A program made the position numbers and the translations under genes. From Paraspadella gotoi (Eukaryota; Animalia; Chaetognatha): 64,000 nt of DNA. The stretch is from NCBI GenBank assembly GCA_051294375.1, contig CM119264.1, positions 30,694,091-30,758,090 on the forward strand. Direction: 5' to 3'. Shown one piece after another: positions 13,983 through 25,608 of this stretch; position 1 is the stretch's first letter, and each line of letters opens with the position of its first letter. The notes below the pieces were generated by a model that saw only the letters and a program-made list of their open reading frames with translations, made no database searches and was not told the DNA's origin.

Positions 13983-14702
13983 TGTTACGAAATACATTAT
14001 CAATATATATACCGTGGAAATCCAAACTCTCTTCTTTCCACCCCGATGCTACTTTTATTTCTATTTTACTAACGCAAGGAATTCATTTTCTTCCGCGATC
14101 ACAGCACATCTTTTGGTTTCTAATTTGTTATCATAGTATATATACTTAAGTAACAGCTTCCGAGTGGCTACGCATGGCATGTTTCTTGATTGGTTCCGCC
14201 GTTTCGTTTATATCTCAGCATTGATTTCTATCGACGTGTACCTTCTCAGTTTGTTCCAGTCTTGCAATGCGTTTACTACTTTTTAAAAATAATTAAATCG
14301 CTATTTAAGATATCTCGAAAACTTCTTTTTAATAAAGAAAACTAGTGATCGCTGGATTGGGACTCTTCCTTGTGATAGAGCAACCATTTCTACAAATTTG
14401 GCTTCCAGAAACAAGTAAGATGGATTCTTTAAACTTTATATATATATATTTGCTGAGTGTGTATTAATGTTTTGTTATTCTTGCCCAGGACTTCTAACTC
14501 TACTCTCTCTACTCTCTCTACTCAGATACCAACAGAAGTGCTGGGCTTAGGACTTTGTCGTCAGATCATCTTGAGCGTCAAGACCGCGCCATCGTCTCGT
14601 CCGGCGCCATCTAAAACTCGAATTCCTCTCGTTTTGATAGCGCAGACAGCTAAGCAGTTTAGTTGTCAACGACAGCCACCTCTACGAACATAGTTCAATA
14701 CA
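13983..14702 (+). mobile_element. 5' LTR of the BEL/Pao retrotransposon (720 bp)
   Basis: Termini TGTTAC...AATACA; homologous to the solo LTR at 3945-4703. TATA-like tatttaa at ~14302, AATAAA at 14331-14336, GT-AG intron at 14415-14488. Confidence 0.92.
14415..14488 (+). other. 74-nt spliceosomal-type intron inside the LTR (probably U5)
   Basis: GTAAGA donor and ttttgttattcttgcccAG acceptor. Both sites are conserved in the solo LTR (GTAAGA...tttccctttgtccAG). The segment is exactly absent from the inverted LTR. Confidence 0.8.
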
Positions 14703-15371
14703 TTAGAAAGTCTTCGTTGCGGGATCGTTCTTTCATCAAGCGTTCGTCGAAGATTCTCTAAGCCTCAACGGTTTTCGCGGAACCGTTGAGAGAAGTCACC
14801 GCCTGCGTCGGCCTCTCGGGTTGCCGAGCGAATTGACGATTCCAACATCGAAAGAACTTTGCAAACTTTCGACGGACTTAAGGATCCGGCCGGCGCTTCG
14901 GCTCTGCTTTCATTGCGATAGGATCTTCGAACTAGCGACGACGCCGTCGGCGCGTAATTTTGGAACGTCGACGTATTGTGGCATCGCCGCTCCTTCTCGA
15001 ACTAGCAGCTGAGATTGAAGTTCGGTTTCGATTGTTTTATTTCTCAATCTTCGCGTCTTCCGTGCTAACGACTTCGCGAACTTTCCAACGATTCAACGCC
15101 GCGTCTTGGTCACCTGCGGCAGGAATAGGATCGCGTGGAAATAAAGCGCGCCGAGATTAATTTGCGTCGTGGGAGCTCGGTTGCCGAATTCTATTGATCG
15201 GAACTCCCCTTCGGCGTTTTTGTGGACTTCGTCGCTCGTTGTAAGGACGAATTTTAGATTTTCGCTAGTGCGACGAACGAGAAAATATCGATAACTTCGC
15301 GACGCCCGACAGTATCCCCTCTCCCAAAATTTCTACGAGATATCTGGACTTACCCCTCTTCAAAAGCGGAC

Positions 15372-18300
15372 ATGGCTTTCAAGTCCCTGAACGGCCGTAC
15401 CCTTTCAGAATTGCAAACATCTTCCTGCGTACCTTCACGTCGATGAAGTGGTCGAGGACATGCGATCATCGTACGATCGCGCCAAAACCACACTGACGCA
15501 AGAAAACATTGCGGTCGCCAACGCGGAAAAGGACACGTAGTCCGTTCAGGTCTACGAAAGATCCGGGCCGCTTATTTCAGGAGGAACATGGAAGGACGAG
15601 GCGATGGAAGTTCTGTCGGGCTTCCTCAACCGCCTCCACAATATTCTTGGCGCGCCGCTTTCTCAATTCGCGGGCTAAACTCTGTGTCGACCGCGGAGGG
15701 CCTCATCGGTTGGGGAAAGCATCGCTTCGGGAAGGACGTCCCGGCTCCGGTTGCAACAAGGATGACGAACGATGCCTGAGTTGCCCGGAATATTCCTCTG
15801 AAAGGGAAACCGATTTTCTCCGGCTGCCAAAACCGTCCCCAACGACGGAAGCGTGGCGTCCATCCCGGGCCGTTCTCGCCCCCTCCACCGTCTCCAGAAG
15901 AAGACGTTCGATACGCCGTTCCGTCTTATTTTCCGTCCAACATCCAAGTGAGTATTCGACGGATAATTTGCGCATCCGAGGGAAATAATATCCATCCCGT
16001 CCCTAATCGATCGACCCGGCGAAACGAACTTGTCTGGCGTCTCGGGAGTTGCGTCCGACCCGCTTCGGCGGAGGCTTGGCTGCCCCTGGAGACTGCTGCG
16101 GTTACTCGTACTAGGAAACGACGAGAGCTCATAGTCTATCGTGGACATCGATGCCGCCGCCAACGAGATCAACCCCGCGAAGGCTCGGTGCCGATTTGAC
16201 GTCTCTCGTCGGCGTCGAGGGAAGTGCGCCGCGATTTTAGTGCGATTTTTTCGACTCTTCGTGGGAGCACGGATAAACTGAGGAGCGATGCGTTGACGCG
16301 ACGGATTTCGCGATTATACGTAACGTAGCCGCGCCCGCAGATCGCGCATTAGACGAGAGCCGGAAAGAAAACGAGAGAAGAAGAGAGAATATGTTAAGGT
16401 CATGCAGAACGAGTTTTCGGCGACGCGAGAGGAGGCCTGTTTCAGAGAGAAGCCCCGCGTTCGACCGACGTCTTCGCGTACGGCCGAATGGGTCGCGCTC
16501 AAGCGACCAATCCCCCCGCACGAGCCCATCTCTCCGACAACTTGTAGACGGCCTGGAAAATATGAAAACTCCTCCACCGGCTTACGACGTAAAATTTCAA
16601 CATCATAGTGTCGCCCCAACGGCCTAAATGAAGCCGGCGCTAAACTAGCGTCTGTTTCAAGGCGAGCGTCCTACTTCCGGAACAAAGGATAGAGGCGAGG
16701 GAGGCGGTAGGCGTGGGAGCGGTGTCCGATGGACGCTCCGCAACCGCCCGCCAATCCGTCGGAGAAATCACAAGTTGACTATGGAGTTTCTAGCGACGCA
16801 TTTAGGACCTTCTTTCAATGAAGGATTGCGTCGACAGCGGAAGGATGCGGAAGTCGTTCTTCCCCTTCCCTCCCGCCCTTCCCGTACTGACTGGCGCCTA
16901 CCGCTGCGGCGATGAACGCCGAGGCGCCAGTTATTTGTCCCAGAGAAGCGACGCCGATTCCATCCAGCTTCACACGCTTCTCGAGGCCTCAAGGCATTCC
17001 AACGGCGTGTCCTCTGAACCGGCGCCGTCTGAGGCAGCCTTCGACCGCCCGCTGCGATGGCGACGGCTTTTTAGGAATTCAAGCCCAGACACTCGCCTTC
17101 CAATTGCTCCAGCAGCAGCGCCCGAAAAACCAAAGTTGGTGAAAAATACATTCACGTTTGGATTTCGAGCGTCAACTCGAGATTACCAAGCAGCGTCTGT
17201 GCGTTGGCGGCGCGACGGATCGATTGAAGTTTGAAGGAGCTTCCCCATTGCGTTTCGAATGTCTTCCCAGCGATCGAATCGAACGTTTTCTAACGCAGAC
17301 CGACGCGGACCTCGGCTCTTGCGACTGCCCTCATTCGTCCTTCAAGAAGGAAAGGGGAGATGAAGCGACGACGGCAGATGAGATGATTGAGCAGATCCTC
17401 GGCGGTCCGGCTCGATCGTAAGGATTCGGTGAGTCATCATAGCTTGTTAATAACCTTGACAGCAGGTGGTACACCCTCGCGAGGGAGACGGGCAGGCTTG
17501 CGATCTCGATTCGTGCGGGCCGTCAATGGCGGATCTACTCGCGAAGCGGATGCCACATTATCAGATAAGTGGGCTAAAAAAGTGGGTTACTTACCGACAA
17601 TATCACCATTGTATGATGATCTTTCCTTTAGTGATTTTTTGTCTTTTCTACATTAACCAAAGAGGTCCTTGATTAGACCGCCGGCGAAGTCAGCGCGAAG
17701 ACGCCTGCGAGACGGATGAAGATCGAAGGCGACGGCGAAGTCAACGTTCGCCAAGCGGAGAAGACATCGAGACGAAAGGAAAGCTTCGATCTCCGCCGTT
17801 CTACCCCCGCCCTGCGGAGCGTCGGCATCAAAAGCCGACGTCGTCGTCGACTCGCCGGGACCTAAACTTTTGTGCCTTGCCCACATTGTGAGGGAAGCAA
17901 TATTGCGAAGCTGTGGACAAGTTTTCAGCGACTGAAGGCCCGCTAGTCGCCGCAAATTTATCGCCTCTCAAGCCCGCTTTGCTTCAACTGTATGGGAAGC
18001 GGTTCATTCTGTCGAGAACTATGGCCCCTACAAAAGAGCCGATGCTTTTGTTAGTAAAAATCATTCATCCGCTCCTTCATTGTTGACGGCCCGACCACCG
18101 CCGGAGGCGCGGAGCTTCAAAAGCTTTCTTTTTTTGCGCCTTGCAAATCGACAACGACGAGCAGCGGGAGAAAATGAAAGGAAAGTCTTCCGCCGCCGCC
18201 GATACGACGGGTATCGACGGCGATCGTTGAAAAGGACTGCGTGACTATGCCGCGTAAGCCGCGGGCGGGCACGGTTACCGCCCAGTGGTGCCAATCGTGA

Positions 18301-21300
18301 TCGTTCGTCCGGTCAACGACGATATTCAACACTACGCGCTCTTGGACCAGCCTGGAGTAATAAGTGCGTCATCAACCGTCCAACTCGCGAGCGCCGATGA
18401 AATTGCCGCTTAGTCAATGTAATTTTTGAAATTAACTACTCTCGCTCTGAGTCTACACCCCCTAGGCCAATGGTGAGGAAAGATGAAGATTTCTTCAGTC
18501 ACGGTGCATTTGGAATTGGACCTTGGAGGATTGTCCTTTCGCCGTCGACCATCCTGGCTTTCGGAAGACGGACGCGCCTCCGTCTCAGGAGGATTTCTTT
18601 TCCTTTGCCTTCATCTTAGCGGATGTCGAGATTTTCGGCTCTTCAACGAAAGAGATCGGCTCTATTCTTTCAGCCGAATATACCTGGACTTTGGGAGACG
18701 GCGAGATTTCGCCGTGGTAGTAAGATGCTCCCCATTGCGTTTAAAAACCGAATGGGGATGGACCATCGGCGGCCACTGCGGCCAGGGTCGTCGAGCTCCG
18801 CGGGAATCATCAAGTGACCTGTCACCGTTCAAAGTTTGACGACGAGCAGCTCAGCCCGCGGAAAATTCAGCGTCTTTTGAACAGCGATTTTTCGCCGGCC
18901 GCCATCGGCGAAAGCCTCAATCTAGCGTGGCAAGACGACTTCGCCATTGAGCAGCTTCGGTCGACGATACAGTTCGACGAGACTGTCGGACATTTGGAAG
19001 GTTGGGCTTCCTTTGGAGAAGGCCGGGAAAAAGGCCTGCGGAGATTTCTGAACAAATGTTAATTCGTCTGAGTGGCCATGAAATCGGTCCTGAAAAAGCC
19101 CCGGGCAAGATGCGGCGAGTGCACGCTTCGCCAAAGAAGGAGTCTTTAAGCATCAGTTCAAGGAAATCATCGACGAAGGTCATGCGATTCGAATAGATGA
19201 TCCAGCAGTCCCGGACGGAGAACCAATTTGGTATGCTTTGCCCACTCATATTCGCAACGAGAGCTGACAAGCCAGAGAAAATATCGCGTCTGCCATGACG
19301 CCAAGGCGTCTTGCGACGGAATCAAGGCCTCAACGTCAGCTTCTCACGGGCCCACCTAATGAATAAATCTCTTGGCGTCCTTTCCGCTATTCGCCGTCAC
19401 GAAAATCTTCCCTCGACTCCGACGTTGCGCGGATTCTTTCATCAGTGCTTTCGTCGACGAAAAAGATCGCCATGTGTTTCGCTTCTGTGGTTTGAAGACG
19501 AAAACAATGGAAAGTCTCGTTCTAATGGGAGATGATCGTCCACGTTTTCGGCGCAAAGTCGTCGCCTACGTGCGCCAGCTACGTGCTCAGCATCACGGGC
19601 CGTACCCTTTATGGAACGGTTCCACGGAAAGCCGCTGACGCATCATCAACGATTTCTACGTGGACAACTGTTGCTTTCGCGCCGACCGTCGAGGTGCCCG
19701 AAAAAACCTCCGGATCGGCATCACGGAAGCGATGAAGCGTGGAGGCTTTCGACCTTGTATGCTGGCGATCATCGCACAAAGAGGCGTTGGAGGATGACAC
19801 GCCTGCGTCGAAAAGGAATGGGGGAAAAAAGATATCAAAAACCTTCAGTGATGAGAGCGACGATAATTGGGAAAAAGTGCTTTGCTTTGTCTTGTTTTTC
19901 ACGTGATTATATCTCGGTTCCAATACGGAACAAGAAGAAGGTGCGATACCAGAAGTCCAAACGCGACGAACAAATGCTCTCACTCACCAGCTCTCTCTTT
20001 GATCTTAATGGGGTTCGTGGCACCCTTCATCCTGCGCGGACGTGAGATTTTTCAGCGAGGCAACTAGAAAAAACTCCGTGGGATTGACAGTTTCAAAGGG
20101 AGTATATTTGTTCGAATCAACAAATGGCGGCAAGAGGTAGTGAAGCTTATTCCATCGAGATTCCGCGCTGGATCGCGCACGAAGGAACTACAAAATACGG
20201 CGCCCGAGATGCACATCTTCTGCGATGCTCGAAGTTGGGCTACGGGTGTCGCTCATGTTATTCGTCGCGTCGAGTTCCATCAGAGACTTTTACGTCGCTT
20301 ATTTCTTTTGGAAAATCGCGCGTGGCCTCTGTCTTCGAGTAAGTGTTCTTCACCATGAATCATTCCGCGGCTGGAACTTACCGCGCGGAAACTCGCCGCC
20401 GAACTTCGTCTATCTGTCTTGGATCAGGTTCATGAGGAATTCGAGAGTTTGTGTTCTGACGATCGCATAACGTCATCAAGCAAAATTCGGGACGAGAAGT
20501 TCGCACGTTTCATCCCGTTTTCAAACATCGAAATCTCTCGAAATTCGTAAATCTCCGAGGTAGGACGAATGGAGATTACGTCCCGACTGCATAACCCGGC
20601 AATATTGCGAGTCGGGGTTACTCTGAAAGATGGAAGAAGTGGAAGAAGTTCTATCGTGGTCCAGAATTTCTTGACCCGGAATCAACTTGGCCGGATCAAA
20701 CGTGTTTGATATCGGAAGTTCTTGAAGATCCTTCCAGGAGCGATCATTTGAGAAAAAAGCGTAGTGGATGCCCTCACCGCTTCTCCTGCTTTCACTTCAC
20801 GTTTTTCTGGAGATTCGTGGATGCTCGACTACGCCTGTAAGTTTTCGCTCTTGGTCGGCAGCGTCAAAGAAAAAACCGCCTTTGCTTTGCGCGTGTTGCG
20901 AAACCTTGCTTTTGGAAGGGCCTTCAACGCAATCTTGCGGCCGAAAAGCATTCCTCGATCTACTTAGTCGATATTCAATCGACGGCGATCGCTTCATCGC
21001 CTAATTCAAATCAAATATTTCGGTTTCTGAGATGGAATTTCTACATGAAAATTCGACACGGTCTCCTCAACTTCGAAAGGAATTGAAAATTTAAAAAAAT
21101 TCGCCTCTACGGGGTAAAAAAGGTTTGGTTTTTTTTCTCCTTCGTCGACTGCGGGGGAAGAATGCGCCGTCGGCGGCCGACTTGGCAATGCGGCGACGCT
21201 TTTCCTTCGAGGCGAAACATACCGATTCATTTGCCTACGGACGACGATCCTAAGTCTCGCGCCCTTATCCGAGATGTACATAGACCGAGGGTCATGCGGG

Positions 21301-22386
21301 GAGACTTGAGCAAACTGCAGCGAGAGGATTCGGCGCAAGTTTTGGATCCTGCCGGGACGTCAACTGTCCGATCGAGTCCTCACAAATGCCGGTCTACTGC
21401 CAAAAAAGCCTCAAGCCACCGGAAACAACAGAAAATGGCGCCTCTTCCGATCTACAGGGACGGCCCCCGGGCCGCCATTCGGAATGTCGGCCGTCGATCG
21501 CTCGGGGCCCTTCGACATAAAATCGGGACGAGCTCGACATAAGCGCTGGGTTGGCGCTTTTTACCATGTCTCTACTCTCGCGCGTTCATCTCGAGGCGTT
21601 ATTTCTCTCTCGACCTCTTCTTCATCAATTGCCTTCGATGCGCGAAGGAAGGAAGGCCGGGCCATACGGCATCTCTTCAGCGATTAACGCATCAAATTTC
21701 AAAGTCCGACAAAGCTCTGCGCGCATGCTTTCAAGGAGTGGAACCGGAGGATCATTGATAAAAATTCCATCGTCTTGGCTATCGACTGGGACTTCGCGCC
21801 GCCTCTCACGCCGCATTATGGCGGTTTGGAAAGGTGGTCGCTCGGCAAACGGCATCTTTATTCATTACTTGGTGACGACCGCTTTCGATGGAGACGTTTC
21901 GCACCGCATCACCGGCGCGAGGAAAATAATCAACGGCGACCTTAACGCGGATTAAGCAGCGCATGCTTAAAGACCTTCTACCTTTTGACCCAGCTGACAT
22001 CTTATATCCGCGGGGGATTCGGATCGGAACGACGCCGTAGTCTTTACCACCCGGCTCCGTTTTTCGGCGATTCATTGCGTTTGGAGTATAAGCAAGCGTG
22101 GGATTTGATCTGTCAATTCGAGCGTCGCTTCTCGCGGACTATTTACCTTAGTCTCCAACGCGCGAACGTTTGGCAAACGACGCTTGCCGGATCTCAGGTC
22201 GGCCAGCTCTTTTACTTGTTGACGAAACCAAGGCCAGTAAGCGAGTGGAGCTTGGCGTCATTAGAAAGCGTGCTGGCGACGACACGCACGTGCGACGCGC
22301 GTTCCGTGCGCGACCGCGAATGGAAAAAAAAAATCCTTTGTCGAGCGAGATCGATCTAAGATCGTTCTTTGAATTAGGATGAGTGA
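15372..22386 (+). pseudogene. BEL/Pao gag-pol polyprotein, heavily frameshifted (decay or long-read error)
   Basis: Motifs read across frames: zinc knuckle CFNCMGSG (17980); protease YALLD (18333); KTEWGWTIGG (~18745); RT KYRVCHDAKA (~19280), HVFGAKSSPTCASYVL (~19540), INDFYVDNC (YVDN at 19657); RNase H MHIFCDA (20209), FGKSRVA, IPRLEL, GPEFL; integrase GPF and KRW (~21505-21550), KQAWDLICQF (~22090). The start codon is tentative. Confidence 0.93.
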
Positions 22387-23176
22387 AAGTAAAAAAAATA
22401 TTTAGTACCTCTCCCTCAAAGAATCTGTACTCTTTTTGACTATTTATTCCTTTTTATTTGTTGCACGACCGAATTATTTGATAAGGCTGTTGGCCGAAAA
22501 AGCGAAGATTCAGTTTTTCCCAAATTTGCTTTGATTTCGCTTCGGTTACCCGGCAATTTTCCCCATTAGGACTGCACCTAACCAGAATTCAGATTAAATG
22601 TTTTTCAGATTTGAAATTTTTTGATTTTTTTATTTTTACTGTTTAAGACAATGTTTTCTTCAGATTTGTTTTGTTTTGGTTTAGTACTATATATTTAAGA
22701 ATTCTATTTATTATTTTAAGTGCTTGGAGTAGGGTTTTTAAAGAAAAATATTTTATTTTTTATTTTTTCGATTTTCGTAAGTGCGATCCCTACTCGAAAA
22801 TTTTTCTTTCAGATTTTGACAGTTAAAAAAATGAAATTTTAAATTATTCGAATTCGATTAATTATTTAATGTACGAATTTCACAGTGTTACAGAGTTCAA
22901 ATTTGGATTTTGGCGTACAGTTGTAATCGTTTAATCCATTTTGTATTTTGTTTATTCGGTTTCAGGCGTTACGTCAACACACGGAGCCTGTTCTATTTTT
23001 GAGTTGCGAACCTTGTGTATTTTTATGAAAAAAGAAAAATATATTTTTTATTGCATTTTATGGGTTATTTAATAGCGGCGTTGCGGTTTTTTGTCGCCTC
23101 GTCCTTTTGTTTTTCTCCCTTTTTTCTTCAGGTTTTAGTACCGATTTGCGAGGAAACGAAACTTTATTTAGAATAT

Positions 23177-24720
23177 TCAAAGCTTCATGATGCAGGCTTC
23201 CACAGTTCTCAGGTGTCGTCTGGTGGCACATTCCCGGTGCCGAGGACAGGCATCGTCCTCGCTTTCATGCTGTCCCGCTCAGTGATGACGCTTCAAGCGA
23301 CGTTTCGTCGGTTCACTCCGCCGACGGAACCTTCAAGCAGAATCCCGGCGGACCTCGACGTGAAGGACTTCCGGAAGGTGTTGGGAAGTTTGGAGGGACA
23401 GGGATCTGTTCTTCTTTCCGGGCCCCGCCCGAAGTAGACAGAGTTCTTGGAATGCGCTCAGGGTGTCAGGCCATGTCAAGTCCTGTAATTCAATGAAGTC
23501 CCGCTTCGGTGGGATGGGACGAAACTTGCCCACGACTTGGATTCTCGTCTCAATCGAGAGCCACGTTGATGACGGATTTTGAATCCATGACATACTGCGG
23601 CGTGAACCCGCAGCTCTTCGGCCGCGCCGCCTGCCCGCAAGGGCAGACGCGACGCCGGAGAGCCATCCTCTTTTCTTCTGAAGACGGTGCAGGGACCCGC
23701 GCCTCCCCGCGACAAATCAAGGGTGCCCGTTCTTGGGTCTTGCTGTGGGGAGCTCGACCTGCAGAATATAAAGGTCCGGCATCCGTACCAGAGCAACGAG
23801 GGCGGCCGGCCATCGGCCCCGTCCTTCGGATACTCGGCCGCGCAGTTATCGTCAACGCGGGGCCTGGCGTCCCAAGTTGATCGCCGGGTGACTGCGTGAT
23901 CGTTTGCACACGCGAGGGCGATATCGCGCGGGACCTGAACCAAGTTCCGGCAACCTACCCAAGTAGCAGTGGCGTCTGCCCGCATCGTGGCCAGTGGAGT
24001 CACCCGCTCCTTCCCAGCGGGCTCCAGTGCGGCTTCAGCCGCCAGCGGTCAATCGAGGACGAGGCTATAGAAGAAGAACGAGCGGCTTCGCGAGCTCAAG
24101 CGCCTTGCAGCGCGGGGTTAAAGCTGGCGCCGCCTCTGCCCCGTCTAGTCTCGCCTGTGCCCGAAGTTCGCTGAGTATCTCGAAGTAGGCAGCTTCAGTT
24201 CCGGATCTTGCAGAGGTTGGTGCAAGATTTGCACTGAGAGAGAGCAGCAGGAGGCAGTGTGGTTCTCTGCCACCGGAAGGAAGATATGGAATCTGGAGAA
24301 GGCGCAGAGGAAGCATCGGAGCTGTACGGCCCTGGTGGCGCGCTGAAGAGCTGGCTGGGTCGGCAGCCTTGGAGTGGACGGGCGCATTCGCCCCTCCCTC
24401 CGGTTCCGACTTCGGATGAGATATGATCCTTTGTCCTTACGCCAGAGAGGAAGGAGAGCGGGTGAGAGTGAGAGGCGGCCCTTCAGAGCACAGCGTCAGG
24501 CTTGGCGGCGGTTCGAGGCGGCTCCTTCACAAGAAAGTTGTCCGGAGCCTCGTCCGAAGGCATGAGGAGATCCCCCGAGGCGATCAGTGACGACGTCGCT
24601 CTTCGAAGTCAGGTTGTCTCGTCGCCGAAAGGGTAAGGCTCTCTTTCCCGGGTCCGGGCGAAGGTCGTTGGGGCGCAGGCGCGACCGGGAGTCGGCAGCA
24701 GCCAGAGAGAGTAGCGGTGC
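23177..24720 (-). CDS. Candidate antisense cargo gene downstream of pol (roughly 500 codons, frameshifted), Cys-rich domain of unknown function
   Basis: GC-rich island with codon-like periodicity inside T-rich sequence. Minus-strand pieces: LVQVPRDIALACANDHAV, PPSLLWYGCRTFIFC, VCPCGQAARPKSCGFTPQYV, IETRIQVVGKFRPIPPKRDFIELQDLTWP. Minus-strand AATAAA (23163-23168) directly follows the TGA stops. Boundaries are approximate. Confidence 0.5.
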
Positions 24721-25380
24721 CTATCCAACTGCCCGCTAGCTCTCTCTTTTGTGTTAAATTAGTGGCAGACCTTGGTGTCCGTGGGGTCCCGCGGGGAGAT
24801 TTGAGATTGACTTTTCTTTTTTTTTTTTATTTGTTTGCCGGACGGAGTATAACAGCCCTATCCTCCCTCTGGAGATTATGGGGGCTAAAATCTTATTCGG
24901 CACATCGAATCATTGTTTAATAGGTTTGGGGTGTACGGGAAAGCTCCCTCCCCTGTCTAAAATGCTGAGCTATTTAAATATGCGGTAGTTATTATGTCAC
25001 GTGATTTACTGCTTTAACTTTGGCACAGTAAGTTAAGTAATATTACGCGCATTTGTGTCGGTCTACGGGGTTTTTTCCAGTCAGGCACCTAACAATATTA
25101 AATGTGGCTTATGTAAGATAAAGTCGCAAAAATTACCTTTTGATTTATAAACTACCTAGGCTAGTTTTTAGTCTACATTTTATCCGCACAAATGTAAATA
25201 CGTTATATTGTTTATTTCTAATTGTTTTATTTCGTGCCTTTTTTAATTCAGAACACAACGGGAGGTTTGACTCGTCGTTCGTCAAAGGTCAGTGGTTCTC
25301 TTCTTTTTGGGAATTTCAATTCTGACGACGTTCGGCGAAGGTAGTCGCATTATTAGATTATGGACTTTTCATGATTTTCG

Positions 25381-25608
25381 TCTGCGTTCCGTCTATACCG
25401 GCCAGACAATATATTTCATATCTGTAGATTTTTCGTCTGCGTCCGTACTACGGCCAGAACAAAATATTTATTAATTTTTTTGTTTTCCGCGTGTCGGTCC
25501 CGAAGGAACCTGCGTCGTAACCGCGGCCAGGTATATATTTTTTCTTTGTCCTGCGTCCGTAAACCGCGCGCCAGATTTAACCAAATTTGCGTCCGTCTCT
25601 CGGCCAGA
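25381..25608 (+). repeat. Five spaced copies of a ~25-nt hairpin-forming motif YCTGCGTCCGT-n-CGGCCAGR
   Basis: Copies start at about 25381, 25436, 25509, 25550 and 25586, separated by mostly AT-rich, non-conserved spacers. Confidence 0.7.

Noticed and set aside
23015-23880. Sense-strand env-like ORF after pol
   Set aside because: I see no furin site, fusion peptide or C-terminal transmembrane anchor, and the plus frames mostly read as shadows of the minus-strand frames. Not fully excluded because of frameshifts.
25381-25608. CRISPR-like repeat-spacer array
   Set aside because: The repeats are degenerate, the spacers vary from about 10 to 50 nt and are low complexity, and no cas-like genes are present. 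Kept only as a hairpin array.
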